Source of the DNA: Catajapyx aquilonaris
Lineage: Eukaryota
Direction of reading: 5' to 3'
DNA length: 33,701 nucleotides
Assembly (NCBI GenBank): GCA_000934665.2
Contig: JYFJ02004333.1
Location: forward strand, 1-33,701
Position 1 is the first letter of the stretch, and each line of letters starts with the position of its first letter. Under the pieces are notes generated by a model. The model saw only the letters and a list, made by a program, of their open reading frames with translations, was not told the origin of the DNA and did not search any database. Shown piece by piece: positions 23,441 to 33,701 of the stretch. The position numbers were made by a program, and so were the translations under genes.

Positions 23441-23632
23441 ATATGCGCAGAACAGCCATGGATTGGCCGGTCTGCGCATATTCTGCGCAGAACAGCCCTG
23501 GAGTGGCCGGTCTGCGCATATCCTGCGCAGAACAGCCCTGGAGTGGCCGGTCTGCGCATATCCTGCGCAGAACAGCCCGGAAGTGGCCGGTCTGCGCATA
23601 TCCTGCGCTGTGGAAGGGCCATTCTGCGCATA
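23441..23632. repeat. 40-bp GC-rich minisatellite with internal dyad symmetry, ~4.5 copies
   Basis: The unit gcgcagaacagccctggagtggccggtctgcgcatatcct starts at 23445, 23485, 23525 and 23565, with a partial copy at 23605. Confidence 0.95.
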
Positions 23633-26600
23633 TTTATGTCGGAAAGGTAGTTAAATAGAAAAAAAAGGTGCCAGCTTCTTGCTCATTGGATTATGAATTA
23701 TCTTTTTGGCATTCCCCGCTTTTCATTTCCTGCGCCATTAAAATGCATTTCCCTTCCCCCTCCGCTCGTTAGCGCCCACTTCTGCTTCCTCCATTTATTT
23801 CCTTTTAATACCCTAGGGAACACAGGGGAATCAAAATCTTCCTTTTCTCCTATTTCTCATGATGTGGCCTTAGACGATTTTTTTGGCACGATCATTTCGA
23901 ATTTGCTGCATTTTTTTTATTTCCTGGAAATGATTGTTATCGGGAGAGTTTATGAAGTCGTTTTTGCGGATTGTGCGTGAACTTTGCACGAGACATGGTC
24001 GAGATTACACAAATTGGTGTGGTCAGCAAGGCGGTGCGTGTGGGGTAGCAATCGATTCTTAGAACATCAGCGCCGCCAAGCGGAGGAGTCACCCACGTGG
24101 TCAGAACCGGTTGTAAATCCTGGTTTGATTTACACCGAAAGATACACTAAATCTGACACCACTGGCTTCTTGCCCACGGGAAATCATAAACATGTCCACC
24201 ATTTGTCCACTGGCGAAATAAGCGCCATGTTTTATTTTTATTTTTTTCGCATAAAACCGCGAATAAACAAACAGCAACTTCTTGACATTAGGTAATTGCC
24301 CTGTTGCGTATACTGCACTGGAAGCCACAAAATAGTATAGTAGAGACTAGAGGCATTTATAGTCGACACAACTGCTGGCATCTGGTGTAAGGCAAGGGCG
24401 TTCACTGGGGCCCTGCTCTAGATCAATACCAGGCCTAGTTGTAAAGCACGCAGAGGTTTGCTGGGATTGGTCGGTTGTTCAGTGTGTTAGAGGGGGATTG
24501 AACTCAGGACTTGGGTATTGAACACTCATTACTCATCTGTCGTTTGTATCGGGGGGGCCGGTTGGGGAGGCCATATAACACTGTGAATTGGGGACGATAG
24601 GATCTGAGGGGGGGTATGCTGTTTGCTGAAAGGTTTAAATTGAATTATATATTTATGAGCGGCTAATTGCCTTCGACATCCATGAATATTCGCTTTTTGA
24701 ACACATCCACACTTTAGAGCAGGGTTCTGCTAGCAATTGCTAAGGAGTTCTACGAGCAATCATGCGTTCCGCGAGCAATTTCCACGAGAAATTGTGATAA
24801 AATGCTAATTATATGTAAATACATTTTTTGTGTGTAATTAATTGATAATATTTTTATGTAGAGTTTCCATGACCCAATAGTAAAAAAAGTGCCTTTAAAT
24901 GTTTCCCGATGGTTCTAGTAATATCGGATGTTTTTCTGAGAAAACCTTGGTGAAGGTTGGAAGATGCCGTTGAAGGTGTTGTCCTCCTGCTTCAACGGCC
25001 GCTGGGAAGAATACCTTTCTTCTGTGGGGGAGGAGGATGGGTGGGCTTAAGAATGAGGGGGGTGACCACCTGATCAAGTGCGACCGGTTCGAGTTTAAAC
25101 GAAGGGGAACGTCTTGTTGTTTTGAGGAATATGGCGGCGGATAAGTTAGGTCATTCAGATAAAATAGGTCGATGGTTCACAGTGTGTGTCATAATCTCCT
25201 ACATTATGGACACATTCTTCCAACGGACATCCCTGTACCGGTCGCACAGAAACCGACTTCTGAACAGTTGATTGTGAATTCTAGACGCGATCGCCACAAG
25301 AGTCGTTCTGCCACCCCAATTCTTATCTTCTTCTTTTTTTTCTTTTCTTTTTATACCATGCGGGCGTGCGTGTGTAAAGTTGCATCTTGGAGGGAGTTGT
25401 CTTAAAGAACCCCCAATAGGAATGTGGCTTCAAGGACGGGACGTTTTAACGGATGCTGTCCAAGGGAGTGAGAGGGACGTTTAAAAAAGGAATGAAGAAA
25501 ATGGCCAGTAATCGGGCAGGTTGTGCGAAATGTTCCAGTGTGTGTTCTCATTCGTGTTGTGTCTTTCCTAGCCTTAGTGGACAGTCGGACAGGAGGTAAG
25601 ACCATTTACTTGTGGACAGAATCACTGAGACAAACTATAGTTCCTCTAACCCCATTTTTATATGAAGCAATTGGTACGTCTAATTAGACAAGCACTTTTT
25701 GTGTCAGTGATTTGGTATGCCCATTTTTGGCAATGCGATAAGCTTGTTAAGGGTTAGTTTGTTTGAACTTTCGCATGCTGTTTATCGCGGCCACCTTCCG
25801 GAGCGCATAAAATAACGAATCAACGAGCGGCAAATATGACCAAATTGACCTTGAACGCTGCTGTGAGATGTGTCATGTTCCATTGCACCAAGCGGATCAA
25901 ATGAAAGTGATGGCTGTTGGGAGACTATAAAGTGTGGATATGATTTCGCAAGAAAGTTATTAAGTCAGTTCCCCACGTTGGGCGCCATTGTAACGGTGCG
26001 TCGGGGATAGGTGGGAATAACGTACAAGGGTGGGCTAATAACTAGTATATGATACATAAATAAGCTTTTGAAAATGTTGATGAGGAACTGTATAGCAGCA
26101 GTACATCAAAAAGAGTCGCTTTTAGTGCTCGCTTCTATGTGAAAGCGAGTTTTTAAATACTTTACAACCGGTAGACGAACCCGTTTCCAACCCCCAGCAT
26201 TTTTAATACATTAATATCGTAATAAAAATCGGTGCCATCTCTAGCAAGTGCAGCAACCTAAAATATTTATCTCGAGCACGTATGCAGAATCCTGCGCTTG
26301 ATCCTGTGGACCGAGTTGGCGGTGGGGGCTACGGTCATCGTCCCCTGAAGATACACCTGACCGAATCTCTTTGTGGTCGAAAAGGAACCCCCCCCCCCTC
26401 TCCCAACAGTCTTCCTTTTTTCCCAAGGCAAAATCCTCCCACCCCCGCAACTCACCTGTGCAGCTTCCGCTCGCCGCCGCACCACTTCCAATTACCTCTA
26501 ATCAAGCCATTAGTTAAGATAAGCGCCCATTTCGCCCCCTGCTAACAGGTCATCCCCAAAGTGCCCGGACTTATCTGACGCTAAATTCCATTAATTTTCC

Positions 26601-26939
26601 CTGCGATGGAGTTCCTAATGAACATCCCCCGAAAACTTCTTGCCATGGCCGCGTAACCGCCATCTCTCATCCCTTTTGGAAAACGAGCTAATAACCCCAT
26701 CTTTAAAAATTAATAATTAAATAATAATAAAAAACACAACATATAATATACACAAATCACATTAGCGTGATTCGAGTAGGTTTTTTCAGATTGCTAAGGA
26801 AATTCAAATGAGATAACAATGGCATTGCCAAGTAACCTGAGCTAACTTAGCAGTACCTGTGTTGGGGGTGGTTACTGCTAAGTTAGCAGTAACTAGCAGT
26901 GAGACAAAAATTCCACCCATAATTTCTGAGGCATGTAGA

Positions 26940-27102
26940 GTTAACCGTGGAGGATAGAGTGAACCAGCCAGTCACCGGAAGTTGACCATGAAGCCTACTT
27001 AGGGTACACTGAATCCGAATCCGAAAACAGTTTGTCACTATCTCTTCCGGCTTAGGCCCTGGTACCTGTCAACAGACAGACAGACAGCTGTTCTATATAA
27101 GA
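26940..27102 (-). mobile_element. Helitron-like 5' fragment with (GTCT)n
   Basis: The minus strand reads tcttatatagaacagctgtctgtctgtctgtt. The 3' boundary is uncertain. Confidence 0.4.
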
Positions 27103-27291
27103 CTTTATACTGTACATCTATAAGAAAAGGCTAAAATGGCATGAATATTATCGCGATCGCGCGCCCATAGCATCTCCGGAATAATGTGATGATAGTACTT
27201 GTACAACTATACGTAATTGCGTGGACTGTACCAAAACCATCTTTAAAATTAAAAACACAAAGTTATCCGGGCTCTCGATTTTTTTAAATAA

Positions 27292-27517
27292 TCTATAATA
27301 TTAAAATCCTTGCGGGAGTTGGCCGATCCCTCTGATTGGTCCGCCGCATATTGTTACCGCCACCTCCCCATTGGCTGGCCCGCGTTCTACTCATGCGCAA
27401 TGGGGGTGTAAACAACAACTGTTGGGTTGCCGGGGAAACTGTCCATTCCCCGGCGATATGGTGCGCCGAATAGGTACCCCAGGCCGTAGGCCTAGAAAAG
27501 AGCGAGCGTTTTCCTAG
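27292..27517 (+). mobile_element. Complete non-autonomous mini-Helitron, 226 bp
   Basis: The 5' end is A|TCTATAATATTAAAATC. A subterminal hairpin AGGCCGTAGGCCT lies at 27481-27493 and the 3' end is CTAG|T. It sits between A and T with no TSD. Confidence 0.8.
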
Positions 27518-28453
27518 TTTAATTAGTTAAAATAGTCTCACGGACGTGCGCCCATAGCATGTCCGGAATCATATTTTTCTCATTTACACTAGTGGAATTG
27601 CATAACCTGGACTGGCGTCCAGTCAAAAGAAGGGGTCTGGACCACTCTTGCTTTTTAAGAAATTGTACCCACTCCTCTCGTCCTTGACCCTGGATGTCGT
27701 CACGAGAGAGAGTGCAAACTCCCACAATGCCTTTCAGACCTCTTTTACGGGTTCCATCTAAGCCGGTTTTCGAGCCACGCTGTGAACCGACTAGACTACA
27801 CACACACACACACATGCACAGACACAAAAAAGTCCATAACGTAAACAAAACCGGACCTTTTTATTTAACAAATAAAAAAAATGCACTAGGAACATAACCG
27901 GAACATAGCCAGAACCGCGATAAACTGTGAGTGTACACAGCAAGGGTGGGGAATAGCAAACACACACACACACAAAAGCAGACCTTTATATTCTGAAAAA
28001 TAGAAATTATGTCAACAATACTGGTGGGACATAACGGGGTTTAACAAGATAGCATTTGGTTTTTTTTCCCGGGGCTTGGTATGAAACAGAAAAGGGTGGG
28101 GAGTACACAAATCACGTCAACAATGCACCGGTGCACTGTTTTTATGTCAACACATGTGATGGAACAAAATTCAAACCGGGGGGGGGGGGGGTTGATAATA
28201 AGATTATTCTCATTTTTTGTGAAAAGTTGAAAAATAAAAGTGAACTGAAACCCCCCTCCCTTTGTGGTTAATATTTAAAATTGTGAGCTGATTATCGTAA
28301 TACAATCGGTTAAAAGCGGCCGCTTCCAAAAACAAACAGCTATTGTTAGTAAAAACATATCTATGATCAAATATGGCGATATGATTTCATTAATTATATA
28401 GTTTATGAAAATTAATCATATCGCTATGTTTTTATCAAGCAACTAAATTCAAA

Positions 28454-28550
28454 GGGTGGAATATTCGTCCCATTGCTAGTTGCTACCTTAGCAGTACCAA
28501 TGGTAGCTGCTAAGTTAGCAGTAACTAGCAGTGGGACGAAAAGTCCACCA
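28454..28550. repeat. ~100-bp foldback element with partial copies at ~26840-26918 and 28706-28740
   Basis: ggtggaatattcgtcccattgctagtt pairs with aactagcagtgggacgaaaagtccacc. The core gttagcagtaactagcagtg recurs three times. 28512-28693 and 28706-28877 form an old tandem duplication. Confidence 0.75.
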
Positions 28551-29247
28551 AAATTTATTATTTCATTTTGTGCAATATATATATATATATAAATTTGGCT
28601 CCACTGCTGAACACAGGCTATCAAGCAGATTCATTTTTTGCGAACGATTTCAAATTCAGTAGGCCTACAGTAAAATCAGCTAGATCATAAAAACTATTTC
28701 ATATAGTTAGCAGTAACTAGCAGTAGGACGTAAATTCCACTAAAATATTTTATTTCATCTTAAAATACTGTACAAGATTTTTTTTAAATTTCGTTGAACT
28801 GAACATAATGCACTATCAAGCAAATTTCGTTATAATTTCAAATTCAGTACAGTAAAATCAGCAAGATCATTAAAAAAAAGTACTTTAGGCCCCAAAATTG
28901 ACATTTCTCTCGTCAAATACTCGGTTTGGTCATTTCTGAGAGAACATTTATTTTTTTGATCTATTTTTTTCCACCTATGTCTACACGACTTGGAGTGAAC
29001 ATAAGCGACGATCAAGTCCTGGTCGGAGTGATTTTTGCGAATCTAGGCGATTCATTATTCGGCCACAATCCAATAGTCTGCGGGCAAAGGGAACACGGCC
29101 GGCTTTAATGGGCTTGTGTGCAGAGGCAGCAGCAAGCGCCAAAAGGGGAGCACCAAAATCTCATTAAAGACAAACTAAGTGCACTGGCTCTAACTACTTT
29201 TTTTTTTCCACACCCGCAAAAAATAGACACAGAGATAGATCCTGCAA

Positions 29248-29447
29248 GAGTCAGCAACGGTCCACATGGGTACGTTTCATCCTTGCATGATGCAACCCAA
29301 TTCGGGAGACATGGACATGTGTAATATGACACCTACATGGACATGTGTAATATGACACCTAGGTGTCATATTACACATGTCCATGTCTCCCGAATTGGGT
29401 TGCATCATGCAAGGATGAAACGTACCCATGTGGACCGTTGCTGACTC
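29248..29447. repeat. 200-bp spacer-less palindrome with a 26-bp duplication in the left arm
   Basis: The dyad axis is 29360|29361 (cacct|aggtg). The 87-nt right arm is the exact reverse complement of the left arm once one copy of acatggacatgtgtaatatgacacct (29309-29334, 29335-29360) is removed. Confidence 0.97.
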
Positions 29448-31920
29448 ATCAGATCGTGTGTGTTTTGGCTGAATTTTGGACGAAACGATCCTTGATTGGT
29501 TGATCTGAACCACAACGACCCAAAGACGCTCGTGTGAACTCCAGTAATTGCAAGGCACTTTTTTTAAACACCCCCAGCGATAGTGGAATTACACGGCACA
29601 AACGTCCTTTCTAATCTACTCCAATGAAGTATATAGAGAGGGAGGGGAGGGGAGGGGGGGAGAGCAAAGATAATTAAAAGTTTTGACTAATGCCGCTTGG
29701 GAAATTTCGTTGCGAAATTAAGGGAAATTAATTAGCACCGGTACGATCGGAGTTTTTTGGGCGAATACGGAAAAAAATTCGGTAATGCCCATGGAGTTGT
29801 AATGAGGATTTTTTTTTTTTTTTGAAATCTTCTGACCTCTTTTCTTTACATATAGTTTCCAATACGGAGGAGGGTAAGGGAGGTGTTCGAGTCGGTGCTA
29901 CCATGGTGACGGCCATTTTGAACAGGGGGAGGGAGAAGAGATCAATGCTAAGTAGTGATTCTGATGCCATCCGGCCAATTTCGACTTTCCTAATGCTTGC
30001 GAAAGGCCTGATTCAACATGGAAACCTTTCCTCTTTGTCTTTCTTTTTTTTTCTTTCTCTCAAAGTATTTTCCAGCCTGTAAGGTTTGAATAGTGTAAGA
30101 AACACAGAAAGGTCGTTGGCTAGTTTCCCAGTTCTGAGAAATAAACAAGTGACTTCCTGCATTATCATGGGTACAGAACGAATTTCTGAATTGTTGGGGA
30201 GGCCAGCAGGAAGTTACTTTGGGGCTTCCGGTCTCATTGTTGCTGGGAGGGCCATGAAATGCACCACGTGGTGGTCTGCGGTTTTGGCGAATAAATGGCA
30301 CAGTGTTTTTTTGGAACAACAATATGGTTTGTTGCTTTTTAACAAGATTTTGCCAGATTGGGTTGCAATTTTGTCGCCATATAAACCTGTGGCAGACTGT
30401 CCAGATTAGAGCGAATTGTAATTATTTATGGATATTAGATTATTAATGAAATAGTCACCGTCATTGTATTGTTATGCACCGACAGCGCCATAATTCTGTT
30501 TGTCCATCATGGAAGTGGTGACGAACCGAATCTGAAATGAAACAGTCAGATACAGCTAATGCATGTGTGTATATTACGGACAGTTTCAGTAAAAGTTCCA
30601 ACGAGTTCACTAGATGTCTATGCTATAATGGCGCACTGAAGCGTCATTTGAGCACCCAGAATTATTACTCACACCGAGACCATAACTTCTTTTCCTTTGT
30701 CCCCCGTCACGACCAATCTCCCATCAAGAGTCGTGGGATTTTTAAGCAAATATTTTTTCTCTCTCTCTTCAAAAAAAGATAAGACCGATTCGTACCGAAT
30801 CGGCCTCACTTGGTTACTCCTTTCATAATTTTTGGTCCGTGGTTTTGCGGTCTCACTTTTGCTGCCGGGTCTCAACTCCCTAATTGAGTTGCTAACTTTT
30901 GCCCTCTTCTTCTTCTTCTTCTTCCGCACACTACTGAAAAGGGAAAGGTGTAGTCTCAGACGGTAAAGTGAGCTTGTTTTGGAGCCAGATTTTCTTTAGG
31001 AAAAGTTGAATCTGTTGTGCTTGTTCTGGCACGCTTAAGGATAATAGAAAGGGGCTGGGTAAGGGTGGGTGGTATCCGGAAGTTTTGTGCAACTTCGGAG
31101 GATTTTGTGGGGGGGGGGGGGGGATTCAAAATCCTTACCTTCACCTGCTACTCCACTACTATATCATCTGGAAACACTGGGTGCATTTTGGCGAATGTCA
31201 AGACACAGGGTGTTGATTAACTAGGCACTTCGTGGGGGGGGGGGGGTTCTAATTAGGTGCGTGATTATTGGTGGGCTTGATTGTTTTGCGTGGCTGTCGG
31301 CGACAAGGGTCAGGTTAAAGCCTTGAAGGATAAGTTTGAAAGTTGATTCAATTGCTCAGTATGAGATGTGAAATATTATTTTTTTAAAGTAGCATAAATA
31401 AAAATTCACGCGGGTTTGTCTTTGAGTCTTTCAGACGCCGATATTTCAATATGTCGAACTCGACAATCGATATCCCATATTTTAATATGAGTGATGACCA
31501 TCACAGTTATAACTTATACGGCATTAAAATATATATCTCGCAAAAATTAGGTTATAACATAATTCTTTTGCGAGAGTTATTTGAAGGTGTGGGCTTGTTT
31601 TATTACACACCTGAAGTACTTTGTTTTTTAATGTTCCATACGAGAAGACGCCCCATCCTTGGCCAAAATTTGCGAACCATGCAATTTTAATTTCTAAAAA
31701 AGAGGAAAAGCTGCTCCAATTAAATCGATTCACATGAGAAACAAGCGCACATAATAATTGTCGATGAATAAAAACATTGAGCCTGAACCCACGTGATCTT
31801 GGCCGATGCCCTTCCCATTCAAGACACGTTTTTTTTTAAAAAAAAAAAAAAACTTTTATTGCTTCTAGCTATATATCTGCAGGAAACTGACGACCCTGTG
31901 TGTTTTTTTGCTCCTTGCAG

Positions 31921-31941
31921 CACACATCTGGTTCCGCACAG
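31921..31941 (+). other. Candidate 21-nt microexon
   Basis: Branch-like AACTGAC at 31885-31891, pyrimidine tract tttttttgctccttgcag, exon CACACATCTGGTTCCGCACAG and donor CAG|GTGAGC. Confidence 0.55.
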
Positions 31942-32270
31942 GTGAGCTTCCTGCCTTTTTATACACCTATATGCACCTGTCTGCGGTAAGTTCAAAAAAA
32001 TCGTAAAGAAGCCCTATACAAGCGACTGTCTACGAACGTACATTTCAGATTCGTATCACCCAAGCTCTTTTCATGAAACTCGTTTGAAGAGAGCATAAGA
32101 GTAAATATGGCGGAAGGAACTTTGGGGAGGGTTAAACAATAGATTAATTGCACTTGACCTCCTTATGGTGAAAAAAGAATGTTTATGTTACGCTGGGTTC
32201 ACAGGCTTTTGAAGGTGAAGTACAGCTGGGGAATATTCGTCTGTTAGTGCTTTAACCCACATTTGCATAT

Positions 32271-32376
32271 ATGCCTGAATAATTTTTAACACATTTTTCA
32301 TATAATATAAGAAGTCTTATACTGTAGGAAGCTTTTTTTGTTCATGAAAAATATGTGTTAAAAACTATTCAGGCAT
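32271..32376. repeat. AT-rich inverted repeat with ~32-bp arms
   Basis: atgcctgaataatttttaacacatttttcat pairs with atgaaaaatatgtgttaaaaactattcaggcat (one mismatch, 2-nt bulge). Confidence 0.8.
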
Positions 32377-33701
32377 TCTTATAGGAAGCTTGTACAAATA
32401 GTTTTTTTGTTAATGAAATATTTTTTTTTTAATATTCCGGAATATATAACTGTCTGTAATAACTTGTCCTTTTTCGCCAAGTATTACAAACACGAGTTCA
32501 ACAATGCATCAAAACACAAACCAATGTGCGGGTGGACAACCGGAAACCGATTTCATTGTTCCGTTCAAAAGCCCCTTTAATGTGGGAGGGGGATCTTGGT
32601 ATAGAAGGGATCACATGTCGAACATGAAAGAGGCGCGTTTTTCCGGGATCAGATCACCCCCCCGCGAACAACACACATCACAGGCATAAAACAAGCAAAA
32701 CAACAAGAGGACCTCGCTCCAGTCCCTGGCACAAAAGGCCAATAAGTCAGCCCCCCCTGCAATATTTTTTTTTTTTGCGCGCAAAGTGCACATTGCTATA
32801 CACAATAATAATTAGCATCAGCATTATTTTGGAGGGGCGGACCATTAATGGGGACGCCCATCCCCATTAGTCCATCTCTGTGTGTGTGAAAAAAAGAAGA
32901 GCCGCATCCAAGCTATTTTGTGGCCATTTTTGGCCCCCGGATGATGGCGCCACCAGCATATTTTATTTTTTTTTGCAAGATTTTTTTTTTTTTCGCAAGC
33001 ACCTTTTTGCACCACTCATTCTGGCGCGGTAGGTGCAGAGTTATGAGGGTGCCTGCTGCATATTCGACCGAAGCGAAAGCATCACTTCAGGCAGATTTAT
33101 AGATAATACAGGGTGTTAAAAAAAGAGACAAACTTGAGGAAAAATGGTGCAGGTTTTCCTCGATCATATCTGCCGGTAGATGGCAGATCAGCACTGCCGC
33201 CATCTGTCGATCAGATATTTTTTGGGCATTAATTAATTAGCTTTTTGCGGTAAAAATTGTTATTGAAAACAAGTTCTAACAAACAAAAAGTCCAATCTTG
33301 ATAAGTGCACCCACATGTTACTAGCACAATATGGCAACTGTGTAAAAGGCGTTCGTTAGCTCGTTCACCGATAAAAACAATGAGCGTCCTTTGCATTTCC
33401 GGTGTAGTAAAAAAGTGACGTAACCTGATTTTGTAATGTAAAGGCGGAAGGCAATAGCAAAGGCAGGTGTATAGGATGATTTTTCTCACCTGTACGTTTT
33501 TTTGAGTCATTCTCTTGGTCAAGGACATTGGGTAAGAGGTGTGGGGGAGAAAATTCCCACGGAAAAGGTGAGCGAACGGAGACTCCATCCCTTGAGGCCG
33601 TTTTAGCATAAACTGGCTCCTTTTTAAAACCCAAGTTTACAAAAAAAAAAAAAAAGGTGTGGATATCAACTATATTTTTTTTTGTGGTCCATACGTATCA
33701 G

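Noticed and set aside
23441..23632. CRISPR-like array of palindromic repeats
   Set aside because: The variable parts are only ~8 nt and near-identical, there are no unique spacers or cas genes, and the context is eukaryotic. The overlapping ORFs are repeat artefacts.
24390..24540. Old minus-strand SINE remnant with B-box-like gagttcaatcc
   Set aside because: No A box, tail or TSD could be defined.
29728..30935. Minus-strand exon candidates (MASESLLSIDL...; acceptor near 30934)
   Set aside because: No convincing donor or homology, and the low-complexity K runs come from simple repeats.

Overview
Eukaryotic (animal, probably arthropod) genomic DNA, so most of the supplied ORFs are spurious or exon fragments. 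Bases ~4.9-11.8 kb hold a compact cluster of four spliced genes. These are a serine palmitoyltransferase small subunit (SPTSS, +), a divergent ARL2-like GTPase (-), NEPRO/RMP64 (DUF4477, -) and an unrecognised two-exon gene with a C-terminal hydrophobic segment (-). The convergent SPTSS and ARL2-like genes each carry a very short intron with a U12 (minor spliceosome) GTATCCTTT donor. The three minus-strand genes are separated by nearly identical 323 and 324 bp stop-to-start spacers. Bases 1-4.5 kb contain a decayed spliced pseudogene, a young tRNA-derived SINE with a 16-bp TSD and a CACTA-type non-autonomous element. A hAT-type MITE sits in NEPRO intron 3. Bases 12-33.7 kb have no convincing long coding sequence. 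They look like the promoter, first exon and long intron(s) of a + strand gene, with a candidate 21-nt microexon. That region holds mini-Helitrons, a SINE, minisatellites, G/C homopolymers, a 200-bp spacer-less palindrome and an 80-bp locally templated insertion. Family assignments come from recall, not database searches.
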